DNA from: Candidatus Fimivivens sp. | GTDB lineage: Bacteria > Bacillota > Clostridia > Oscillospirales > Ruminococcaceae | Assembly (NCBI GenBank): GCA_031983305.1 | Contig: DALYYK010000001.1 | Span: 1-50,142, forward strand | DNA length: 50,142 nt | Reading direction: 5' to 3' | Shown: one piece after another, positions 36,449 to 44,842 of the stretch | Layout of the letters: the number at the start of each line of letters is the position of its first letter | Numbering within the stretch: the first letter of the stretch is position 1 | The notes under the pieces: generated by a model | Database searches by the model: none | Told to the model about the DNA's origin: nothing | The model's input: the letters and a program-made list of their open reading frames with translations, nothing else | Program-made: the position numbers and the translations under genes

Positions 36449-37348
36449 TTATTTTGTAACGATTTTTCCCAGACCCGCAGTTAACTTGTCAATCGTTGAC
36501 TTATTCACCGGGGTGGTTACTTTGGCGCTTGGCTTACTTTGTGAGCCAGCACCGGGTTTTGCTTCGCTTCGCAGCAGAGCATCGGCTTCAGGATCTGCAC
36601 GTAAAATACGCTCAATCGCTGATTCGAACGCGAGTGGTTGGCCGTGGCCATCGACCAGCACCGCACGGTCTTTCTGACCAGCTGGCTTGTCATAACCGAC
36701 TACGCTGCCGTCTTCGCCTACTTCGAAGTGGTTGCCATAAATCACACGAGCTTTGGCCGGTGTCATCAGAGCCTTATCACGCAAGAAACCGGAACCAGAG
36801 AAAGATGCACCTACGGTCATCTCAAGCAGTTGCGCCTTCAGAGTGGCATTTTCAGCTTCGACCTGAGTTCGAGCGTCACGCTCTACCTGCAGATCCGCTT
36901 GGTGAGCGGCAACCATTTGCTTTTTGACCGCGTCAAACTCGCCGCGGCGCTCAAGCTCAGCTTGCTCCGCTTCTTGACGGGTACGTTCTGCCGCAGCTTC
37001 AGCATCCACCAAACGACGAGCACGTTCAGGGTCGATGTCACCATAAGCAGCCAGTTTTTCCTTGCGCTTCATGCTTTCTTTCAAAAGCTCAGCGCCTGAC
37101 TTCTTGGCATCACGCAGTTTTGCGATCAGCTCTTCTTGGGACAGACCTGCGTATTCATCGTCGAGTTCTGGCTGACGAGCCTGTTTATGTGCGTCATCAG
37201 TGCCAGGGTCGTGATCACCACCTTCGCCGCCAGGTTGTTCACCCGGTTGATTTTTAGTTGGTTCACCACCACCACCACCGCCCAGCTCTTCCTTGCCAGC
37301 GACGTCCATCAGGCCACGACGGGCCATCATCATTTGCCACAGATTCAT
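36449..37348 (-). CDS. Capsid scaffolding protein
   Basis: Coiled-coil protein between portal and capsid genes. Confidence 0.8.
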   Translation of the reverse strand: MNLWQMMMARRGLMDVAGKEELGGGGGGEPTKNQPGEQPGGEGGDHDPGTDDAHKQARQPELDDEYAGLSQEELIAKLRDAKKSGAELLKESMKRKEKLAAYGDIDPERARRLVDAEAAAERTRQEAEQAELERRGEFDAVKKQMVAAHQADLQVERDARTQVEAENATLKAQLLEMTVGASFSGSGFLRDKALMTPAKARVIYGNHFEVGEDGSVVGYDKPAGQKDRAVLVDGHGQPLAFESAIERILRADPEADALLRSEAKPGAGSQSKPSAKVTTPVNKSTIDKLTAGLGKIVTK

Positions 37349-37366
37349 AAAATTCCTTTTTACGCC

Positions 37367-38935
37367 TTATCGCTCGGTTGCTTGAGCAGATGAGTTCCCT
37401 GATCCTTGGGAAGAAGTTTTCTCGGTTTCTTGAGAAGATGCTTTATCATAGGTAGTTGGCAAGCTATTTTCAATACCCGTAGATACATTTTTTGGAGGAA
37501 ATTTCAAGAGATCTGCCTCAAATTCCTTTTTCATTTTCTCCGTGACGTTCGGGAAGATCTTATCGATGAGCATTTCCATCTGATAACGACGAACACTTTC
37601 CGGTGCCTGCAGCTCTGACAACTGCTGAGCAACAGCAAATTCATCAGTTAAACCACGGATGTCGAAACTCTCCGGGTAACTGACCAAAGTGTGGTCGTCT
37701 TCCAGCTCTTCACCCATCCATTTCCCAACCAGGGCAAGCATCTGACGCTCTGCGCGCTCCAGACGTTCAGCTTTCGTTACCAGCAAGCTATTCACGCGCT
37801 GGAAGTCGTATGCTTTGGCTGCACCAGACGAATTATCAATGCCTTTGGCGTTGTCCTGCTTGGTTCGCTCACCGGCAACACCAACAGAGTGATAAATTTC
37901 GTTGATGACAGTTTGAACCGTGGTGATGATCATCTGGGCTTGCTTCGGGTCTGGCGACATGTAGAACGGCTGCGAGCCACCTTCACCATCAAAGGTAAAC
38001 ACACGTTTAGTTCCCATCTCCAATACCTTGCCGTGGTTCTCATCGCCAGGCAGCATTGCCTGGACTGGAATCGCCAGCTGGGAGAAGGTCTGATCCTGAA
38101 TGATTGCATCAAGGTTCGACAGGTAGTTGGCCACCGCACGGTCAAGGTAGGCGATGTCATCAATAAGCGATGGGCTGAAATATGGCGATTCGCTTTGACC
38201 AATACAGTCAACAGGGAACACCGGCACAACACCCAGTTTATGCTCACCACTATCTTCGAGGTAAACCTTGGCATTACCTTTCTGGCCACCCTTCTTCACT
38301 TCTTCGCGGAACAGATACCATTCGTTTTGAGTCCACAAGCGATAACGCTGGAACTCTTGTCCGGTAGAAGCAAACGGGTCGGCATCATCACGGGCGACTT
38401 CCACCACAAGCGCCCACAGTAAATTGCCGTCGTCATCCCATGCCAGATCCAGCATCTGCTGCGGTGAAATCCAGTAAGCGTAGGCGCGGCCATCTTGCTT
38501 CTTCTGGTCTTCAACCGACTCAGCGCCAGCTTCCATTGTGCTATCCACCACAACCCAAATTCGCCCATAGATGGAGGATTGCAGGTCGATGGCGGCCATG
38601 AACTCGTTAACGGAAACGTTTTGACGAGTAGCGCGGCGCCAGAAATCCCGGATGAACTCTGGTGCATCTTCCTCAGTGCGGTGAATATCTTCGCGGAAAA
38701 TGTATTTGTTGATCAGGTTTACAACTTCACGCGTGTGGTTGAAGCGGTATGCTCGCTCTACACGTTCTTTGTATTCCTGATCACCTTCTTTGAAATAGCG
38801 GAAAACGTTGTCATCGAACCATGCCCGGCCACCCGCGTAGGTGGCCGAAATAAAGTCCCAATGCTCCTTTTTCTTTTCGTACTCAGGATGCCGGCGTTTA
38901 ACCAGATCCTTGATTACTTTGTCAGTCAATTCCAT
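37367..38935 (-). CDS. Portal protein
   Basis: RHPEY…YAGG…FNHTREVVN…SGAAKAYD; follows TerL. Confidence 0.88.
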   Translation of the reverse strand: MELTDKVIKDLVKRRHPEYEKKKEHWDFISATYAGGRAWFDDNVFRYFKEGDQEYKERVERAYRFNHTREVVNLINKYIFREDIHRTEEDAPEFIRDFWRRATRQNVSVNEFMAAIDLQSSIYGRIWVVVDSTMEAGAESVEDQKKQDGRAYAYWISPQQMLDLAWDDDGNLLWALVVEVARDDADPFASTGQEFQRYRLWTQNEWYLFREEVKKGGQKGNAKVYLEDSGEHKLGVVPVFPVDCIGQSESPYFSPSLIDDIAYLDRAVANYLSNLDAIIQDQTFSQLAIPVQAMLPGDENHGKVLEMGTKRVFTFDGEGGSQPFYMSPDPKQAQMIITTVQTVINEIYHSVGVAGERTKQDNAKGIDNSSGAAKAYDFQRVNSLLVTKAERLERAERQMLALVGKWMGEELEDDHTLVSYPESFDIRGLTDEFAVAQQLSELQAPESVRRYQMEMLIDKIFPNVTEKMKKEFEADLLKFPPKNVSTGIENSLPTTYDKASSQETEKTSSQGSGNSSAQATER

Positions 38936-38989
38936 TTGACCAAACCCCAATTTAATATAAATACCGTTTTAGTACAGGTAGTTAACCAC

Positions 38990-40246
38990 CTATCGAGAGC
39001 CACCAAGAATAACACGACTTTTAACCGGAAATCTTCTATGAATTGGATAGCCGAGGGCGTCAGCGCTATGCTCTACACCACCTGACTTGTCCATATCACG
39101 CGAACCCGGTTTGTAGATCACCTTTTCCAGCGATTCAATCAGTCCCTTACACTTCGGGCTGATATAAAGTCTCACATCCCCAGACGCGGTCATCAGCATA
39201 CGGTTTACTGCATTAACACGGTCAGCGATCGGCGGGTGCTTCTTCGGGTGATCGATGCGCAGAAAACCCTTCTCCTTAAAGATGTCCACATCCGATTCAC
39301 CGCGCGCATGTTGTCGGTATGCGCCTGCAGGGTCTGGGAAGATTGTTACCTGAGACTTCGAGCGCCAGTACCGGCGTTCCAGCTCATCACATACCTCTGC
39401 GGTGTTTGAAGAATACAGCACCAGCTCATCCACCGCCCAAACTTCACCATTCGGCTGCGGCTGCAGGATGACCGAGGACATTGGATCGATGTTGAAGTCC
39501 TGACCAACCCAGATAGGCAGCTTCGGATTGAAGGCCACATCCTTAACATGCGTTTTGCGGTCGAACGGGTAATACACGCGACCTGACATGTTCTCAAACG
39601 ACGCAAGGTATTCCTGAGCGAATGATTTAGGGTCCATATCATTCCGCGCGGCTTCGATCTCCGCCTCTGGAACAAAGGGTGAATCGGCTGTCACAAACTG
39701 CCAGCTCTTCCACTGCCCCTTCTTCTGCAAATCTTCGTTTTGCCCGATCGTCCAAAGTTTATGGAACTCAGAGAAGCCTTTCGGTGTGCCGATAATCAGC
39801 GCACCACCGCGGGTAGAAGACAGCGTTGGACGCAATACCTTGTACCAGGTGTCAGGCTTCATATCCTGGAACTCGTCAAGCACGACAAAGTTCAACGCAA
39901 CACCACGCAATGTATCTGGCTTATCCGCACCTTTTAGTGCAATTTCCGAACCGTTCTTGAGAACGATCGTCATTGTGGTGTCGTTCTTTTTAGCCACCCA
40001 TTTGCGCGGGATTGCCTCCTGAAGGTCATCCCACAAAATCTGCCTGGCCATCTGATACGTTGGCGCTACGTACCAAACACGCTGTTTGCGGCCGGAAGCG
40101 GCCGCACGAATAATTTTAGAAATTGACAGTCGAGACTTACCCCAGCGTCGGCCAGCACACACCACTTTGAAACGATGGGGTGATTGGAACACTGACATCT
40201 GCCCAGAATGCAGCTGAATCAAGCTCAGCGATGACGGGATGGCCAT
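38990..40246 (-). CDS. terL: Terminase large subunit
   Basis: AGRRWGKS Walker A, VVLDE Walker B, IGTPKG, and nuclease motifs GQDFN and HSADAL. Confidence 0.95.
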   Translation of the reverse strand: MAIPSSLSLIQLHSGQMSVFQSPHRFKVVCAGRRWGKSRLSISKIIRAAASGRKQRVWYVAPTYQMARQILWDDLQEAIPRKWVAKKNDTTMTIVLKNGSEIALKGADKPDTLRGVALNFVVLDEFQDMKPDTWYKVLRPTLSSTRGGALIIGTPKGFSEFHKLWTIGQNEDLQKKGQWKSWQFVTADSPFVPEAEIEAARNDMDPKSFAQEYLASFENMSGRVYYPFDRKTHVKDVAFNPKLPIWVGQDFNIDPMSSVILQPQPNGEVWAVDELVLYSSNTAEVCDELERRYWRSKSQVTIFPDPAGAYRQHARGESDVDIFKEKGFLRIDHPKKHPPIADRVNAVNRMLMTASGDVRLYISPKCKGLIESLEKVIYKPGSRDMDKSGGVEHSADALGYPIHRRFPVKSRVILGGSR

Positions 40247-40248
40247 GG

Positions 40249-40887
40249 TTATGCTTCCCCACTATCATCGTCAGCTTCGCTCTCCAAAACGCTCTCAGCG
40301 TCTTTTGCTGCTTCCTCTTCAAGTGCCTCAAGCTCATCATCGTCAATCAGATCTGGTTCTTCTGATTTACGCAGCTCTGCCACCTGATTTGGTGTCAATT
40401 CGCCGAACACCAGGTTCGGGATTTCGTCGGCCAAACCTTCGTCTTTATCCATGCCCAGGGCTTTGGATGACACATCAAAGCACTTAGCCAGAATATTGCT
40501 GGCGCGCTGAATTGACTTTAGATCGCCCTCGATAACAGCAAGCGATGTGCCTTTGGACTTCGCATCGGCAACCTGACCCATCGCCATTCTGCCAAGTGTG
40601 AATGCCCAGCTGTCATACTTGTTACGACGATCATCAATTTTGTCGGCGCGCTCTTTAGCTCGGATCTCTGCGTCTGACTTCAGGGATTCACGCACCATCT
40701 TGCCAACTGAGTCGGCTCCTTTGGCCAACCCCTTCTTTTTGAAATAACGAGAGAAGGTCTCGCGGCGCAGCCCATACTCGTCTTCCAATCTGGAAAGCGT
40801 GTACTCGCCGGACGCCCATTTCGCCTCGATCTCCGCCCACATAGCTGGCGTGACCTTGACCTTTACCTCTTCAGCTTCGGTCGTCAT
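40249..40887 (-). CDS. Terminase small subunit
   Basis: N-terminal HTH, acidic tail, directly upstream of terL. Confidence 0.75.
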   Translation of the reverse strand: MTTEAEEVKVKVTPAMWAEIEAKWASGEYTLSRLEDEYGLRRETFSRYFKKKGLAKGADSVGKMVRESLKSDAEIRAKERADKIDDRRNKYDSWAFTLGRMAMGQVADAKSKGTSLAVIEGDLKSIQRASNILAKCFDVSSKALGMDKDEGLADEIPNLVFGELTPNQVAELRKSEEPDLIDDDELEALEEEAAKDAESVLESEADDDSGEA

Positions 40888-41001
40888 AGTTCCCTCTAAA
40901 CCACCACGGCGCTTCCTTGCGCCGAGTAAAATCATTTCTGGAGTTGCTAAACAAATTGGTTTCTACGGTTAGAAAACAACTTAATTGGGGAGTGGTTAAA
41001 A

Positions 41002-41055
41002 GCCTGCTTCCGTATATTTAAATAACCAGCTATTAATTATTTATGGGAAGCAGGT
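41002..41055. repeat. 54-bp inverted-repeat element with AT-rich core (copy 2)
   Basis: GCCTGCTTCCGTATA…TTATGGGAAGCAGGT; same arms as 10124-10178. Confidence 0.75.
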
Positions 41056-41060
41056 CTTTC

Positions 41061-41327
41061 TCATGCCACCATCAGCTTTACGCTTGCTCTACCCATAACG
41101 GTCAGACCGAGTGTGCGTCGCTGGTAGCCATCATCTCCACGCGCACGAAACTCACCTTTCTCGACAAGTCCCTTTTTAATCAGCGCTCGAAGAGAGAACT
41201 GCATACTCTGCTTTGTGGTTTTGTATGGCAGAACCTCCAGCAGCTCATCGAGGTCAAGTAAATGGCCGCGATCGTGGCCAAGGTAAATGGTGCGCAGAAT
41301 ATCTTTCTGCTTATCTGTCAAAATCAT
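41061..41327 (-). CDS. Winged-helix DNA-binding protein (LexA-N/MarR-like)
   Basis: LTDKQKDIL…SLRALIKKGLVEK…LGLTVMG. Confidence 0.75.
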   Translation of the reverse strand: MILTDKQKDILRTIYLGHDRGHLLDLDELLEVLPYKTTKQSMQFSLRALIKKGLVEKGEFRARGDDGYQRRTLGLTVMGRASVKLMVA

Positions 41328-41339
41328 TTGCTCGCTTCC

Positions 41340-42230
41340 TTACGAGATACGCGCCAGATCCAGCGGCGCATTTAATGGTTGGTTGTCGAATGCCAGTAGT
41401 GGCAACACGTCAGGCAATTCTCTGCCAAAGTCCGGGTTGCGGTAAACACCATAGAGCGGCGACGTAAAGCTAAGGTTGTGAATGTCCTTCAGCAATTTCA
41501 CGATACTGGCTTCATCCACCAGCGAATCAGCGATGTCCTGCACGGTTGTGCCGCGGTTACGCCCAGCTTTCGCCAACGATGAGTTCTTGTGGTAGTCGGC
41601 AACGAGATCCACCAGCGCGCGGCGGCGGCGATTCTCGCTCATCGAGAACAGCTCTTTCACAATGCTCTCATTGTCGCCCGGGTCGGCACGGAAATGCCGC
41701 TGGAATACGCGCAGCGCACTTTCGTAACTCTTCGGGCGCTCTGGTCGAATAAACTGATAACCAGCCTTCATCGCAAAAGGGTTGTATTTGCTCATCGAGG
41801 ACTGGATTTCGATGATCGGCCTGTTGTGCATTCGGCTCACCAGGTTAATCATGCGATATGAAACACCCACACCACGGTATTGGGTGTCCACCACTGAACG
41901 GCTGATCACAGCGAAATTGTTATTCACGTAACGCCCCCAGAACTGATTGGCCACCGTCGTGTTAGTGGTGGGCTTCAGTTTGGGGAACATGCGGTGACGC
42001 GGTGCCAGAAGCAATTTTGGAAAAGCCACAACAACAACGCCCACCAGCCGACCGTCAAGCTCGCAGCGGTAATAGGTTGGTGCGAATGGTTTGCCGTCAG
42101 TTTTGTAATGCAGCGACTTCAAAGCATTCCAATCGTCCACAGTGCCGCGCGTCACAGTCATACGCTCCAGAAAATCCAAATGCTTCGGAAACTCTTCAGG
42201 CTTGTAGCGTTTGATGGTTACGTCGTTCAT
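41340..42230 (-). CDS. GNAT/Mom-like acetyltransferase partner of the ABC ATPase
   Basis: LHYK, GVVVVAFP, ISRSVVDTQYRGVGVS (motif A) and MSKYNPFAMKAG. Confidence 0.75.
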   Translation of the reverse strand: MNDVTIKRYKPEEFPKHLDFLERMTVTRGTVDDWNALKSLHYKTDGKPFAPTYYRCELDGRLVGVVVVAFPKLLLAPRHRMFPKLKPTTNTTVANQFWGRYVNNNFAVISRSVVDTQYRGVGVSYRMINLVSRMHNRPIIEIQSSMSKYNPFAMKAGYQFIRPERPKSYESALRVFQRHFRADPGDNESIVKELFSMSENRRRRALVDLVADYHKNSSLAKAGRNRGTTVQDIADSLVDEASIVKLLKDIHNLSFTSPLYGVYRNPDFGRELPDVLPLLAFDNQPLNAPLDLARIS

Positions 42231-42775
42231 CGCACCACCTTCCGACTGCCATAACCACCGCGACGAATAGTTGAGGGGTGACGCGTCACAATATCCTCGA
42301 TCGCCGGCAAACCACCCGCCTTCTTGTCGGCAAGGAACTTGACGCGAGCTTTCACAAACTCTTCAACGATGTAACCCTGAAGATAAGTGAAAGCCTCCTG
42401 ATCCGAAGGCATCAAATCATGGTGTTGGCCGGTGATAAGCGCGATATGTAAGGCTTCATGCCAGTAAACCGACTCGTTGTAGTTTTCAGGCAGATAGACG
42501 CAGTGAACATTTGTGTCGTACTGGATGTAGCCCAGGTCAGTGACCATGCCACCAACCCCTGCAACATATTCACTCTCATCCAGCCCATAGAGCTGTTTGA
42601 TCACCTCTACATAGCGCTTCTCACCAAAAACAACGACGCAGCGGTTGTAATATGGAGCGACACGGAAGCCATAGGCGCCATGGGCGCGAAGCCAATCTTG
42701 CCATTCAGCTTCATGCGTCCAGCGGCGGCGCAGCTCAGCCCCCTCGTAAATTGGGAAAACTTTTTTAAGCTGCAT
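42227..42775 (-). CDS. HExxH putative zinc metalloprotease
   Basis: WHEALHIA with downstream EAFTY. Confidence 0.6.
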   Translation of the reverse strand: MQLKKVFPIYEGAELRRRWTHEAEWQDWLRAHGAYGFRVAPYYNRCVVVFGEKRYVEVIKQLYGLDESEYVAGVGGMVTDLGYIQYDTNVHCVYLPENYNESVYWHEALHIALITGQHHDLMPSDQEAFTYLQGYIVEEFVKARVKFLADKKAGGLPAIEDIVTRHPSTIRRGGYGSRKVVR

Positions 42776-43406
42776 AGTCCACCTTCACACGTTCTTTGTA
42801 GTGCTTGGTGATCTGCACATCCGGGCGCAGCGCATTTTTTAGGTCTTCATGCGTGGTTGCCACCATGACAGTTGCCCCGGCTTTGCGCGCAGCGCGCTGG
42901 AGATTGGAGGCAACGACCTGGGCAGTTACTCGATCCAGAACAGCGCCAAACTCATCAGCAACCCATACCTTTGCGCCGGTTTCGATTAGTTTTGCGATTT
43001 TCAGGCGGTAGCGCTGGCCATCTGACATCTCAGAAGGTTTGCGAACAAACAAATAGGCATCGTTAAGCCCAGCCATGGATAATAGCCCCAATGCCTCGCT
43101 GGTGGTCTTACCCAGCTGGTCAATGACGTTCTTGCTGTCATCAAAGGCAAAGTCTTCGATTGACGCCACATCCTGACCTTCTTCTTTCATCAAACGCTGA
43201 AGCTCACGCAACACCACTGATTTACCAGATCCTGATTGGCCGGTGATGTACACGACATCACCGCCCCTAATTTCCAGCTCCAGGTTGTCGTAAAGCGACC
43301 ACTCCTTTTCATCAAGACCCAGACCAAATGACTCTGCGATCTCCAGCGTTCGGGTGGTTTTAGTTACACGCGTTTGGAAGGCTACATTGATGAGGTAGTT
43401 GCTCAT
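42765..43406 (-). CDS. Soluble ABC-type ATPase (no permease partner)
   Basis: Walker A GQSGSGKS, signature MSDGQ, Walker B WVADE and H-loop ATTH. Confidence 0.9.
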   Translation of the reverse strand: MSNYLINVAFQTRVTKTTRTLEIAESFGLGLDEKEWSLYDNLELEIRGGDVVYITGQSGSGKSVVLRELQRLMKEEGQDVASIEDFAFDDSKNVIDQLGKTTSEALGLLSMAGLNDAYLFVRKPSEMSDGQRYRLKIAKLIETGAKVWVADEFGAVLDRVTAQVVASNLQRAARKAGATVMVATTHEDLKNALRPDVQITKHYKERVKVDYAA

Positions 43407-44083
43407 TCCTCTCCCTCATCGACAGCTTCCTGAGAAACACGCTTCGCATAAGCCACAAATGCTTCTGCCCCGCTCTCTCCCGTCACCTCTTCCATATGGG
43501 CTAGTAAATCCCCAACAACCAACGCAGAGCCAGCAGGGAGTGTTTTAAACCCCAGCACGTCGATCACTCGCAATTCTGATTCCGCCACTTCCCGGGAGAT
43601 CTCTTCATGCTCTTCATGCTGGCGCACGGATTCATGCCCCAAATCCATCACCAGAGAGTCGGTGGCCATGTCTTCCGTCATGCTGCCAACCAAAACGCTC
43701 AGCTCACGCTCATCGAAGCCAATTACAACCTCATCGCCCAGCACCAGCTCTTCCAGCTCTTTTTGCAGTTTAATGGCGTCATAATCGGTGCTGGCCAGGC
43801 GGTTATCTTCCAGACGCTTCGCGCGAACAGAGATATCATCGAGATCGGCTCGGACAATTACCGGCACCGAGTCAAGCCCAGCATAAATTGCAGCCTCTCG
43901 GCGGCCGTGACCGGTGATGATCACCATGTCTTTATCAACGGTAATTGGCTGGTCAAAACCGCGTTTATCAATTGCCGCAGCCAAATCACGAATCTGGGTT
44001 TCGTCGTGCTTTTTGGCATTGGCCTCATATGGAACCAGGGTTTTAGGGTCTAGATACACGATCTCAAATGGGGTGCTCATCAT
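43403..44083 (-). CDS. ParB/Srx N-terminal domain protein
   Basis: PYEANAKKH…GFDQPI…ITGHGRREAA…RLEDNR. Confidence 0.85.
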   Translation of the reverse strand: MMSTPFEIVYLDPKTLVPYEANAKKHDETQIRDLAAAIDKRGFDQPITVDKDMVIITGHGRREAAIYAGLDSVPVIVRADLDDISVRAKRLEDNRLASTDYDAIKLQKELEELVLGDEVVIGFDERELSVLVGSMTEDMATDSLVMDLGHESVRQHEEHEEISREVAESELRVIDVLGFKTLPAGSALVVGDLLAHMEEVTGESGAEAFVAYAKRVSQEAVDEGEE

Positions 44084-44760
44084 TTACGTTCCTTGTAAAA
44101 GTCTGCGAGCCACACCAGGGCTTCTCCAGCGTCTTCCATGTCGCTGCCAGTATTAATGCCCTGCTCGGCAATGATCGATTTAATGGCTGTAGTGACTGAA
44201 TCAGCGGAGTCGAAGGTGACTTTGAAGCGCATCGTCTGGTGCTCCACACCCAAACGCTCAATCTTCTCGCGTTTATCCTCTTCTGCCGCTTTCTCGTCGC
44301 CATCTGTCAGTCGCTCCAGTTCCGCCATATCGAAAGCCGCAGTTCGGGCCAGTGTCGCTGCCATCTCGTCATCAAATGGGGCGATTTCTGAAAGGCTAAA
44401 GCCAGTTTCTGACTGGATTTCTTCAATCAGACGCTGCAAAGCGAGTTGATCGTCTTCACCGTAGCGCTCGTTATCGACCAGGGACATTTGCTTCGCCACC
44501 ACGTCGCTGATCTGACCAACGGTGATAACTGGCACAGTGGCAATGCCCTGTTCAATGGCGGCGCGCCAGCGGTGCTCACCCCCAAGGATCTGGAATGAGC
44601 CATCTGGCAGCTCGCGGGCCAAGATCGGTTTGAAAAAGCCCAGACGGTCAATTGAGCCTTTCAGTTTTTCGAAATTCTGGAGGCCCACGGAGTTTGTATT
44701 CCACGGGTTTGGTTGTAGTCGCCCTACTTCCACCTGCAAGATGTTAATTTTTACGTCCAT
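44080..44760 (-). CDS. ParB/Srx N-terminal domain protein
   Basis: PNPWNTN…GFFKPI…ILGGEHRWRAA…DNERYG. Confidence 0.85.
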   Translation of the reverse strand: MDVKINILQVEVGRLQPNPWNTNSVGLQNFEKLKGSIDRLGFFKPILARELPDGSFQILGGEHRWRAAIEQGIATVPVITVGQISDVVAKQMSLVDNERYGEDDQLALQRLIEEIQSETGFSLSEIAPFDDEMAATLARTAAFDMAELERLTDGDEKAAEEDKREKIERLGVEHQTMRFKVTFDSADSVTTAIKSIIAEQGINTGSDMEDAGEALVWLADFYKERK

Positions 44761-44842
44761 GTTTTTGATATAATCCATTAAGTAACTAACCACTTATTAA
44801 ATCATAGCCTGTTAACACAATAAAGGCACTAAGGAAAGACAC

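Noticed and set aside
20556..39085. Long plus-strand ORFs (e.g. 20556..21185, 26890..27489, 35589..36272, 37691..38422)
   Set aside because: Antisense shadows of well-supported structural genes, with no motifs or RBS.
42765..43406. ABC transporter
   Set aside because: No permease or substrate-binding gene nearby; context points to a soluble ATPase.
43403..44760. ParB pair as the plasmid partition system
   Set aside because: ParA with its own small partner is at 11052-12109; these genes sit in a GNAT/terminase context and show no clear ParB HTH.
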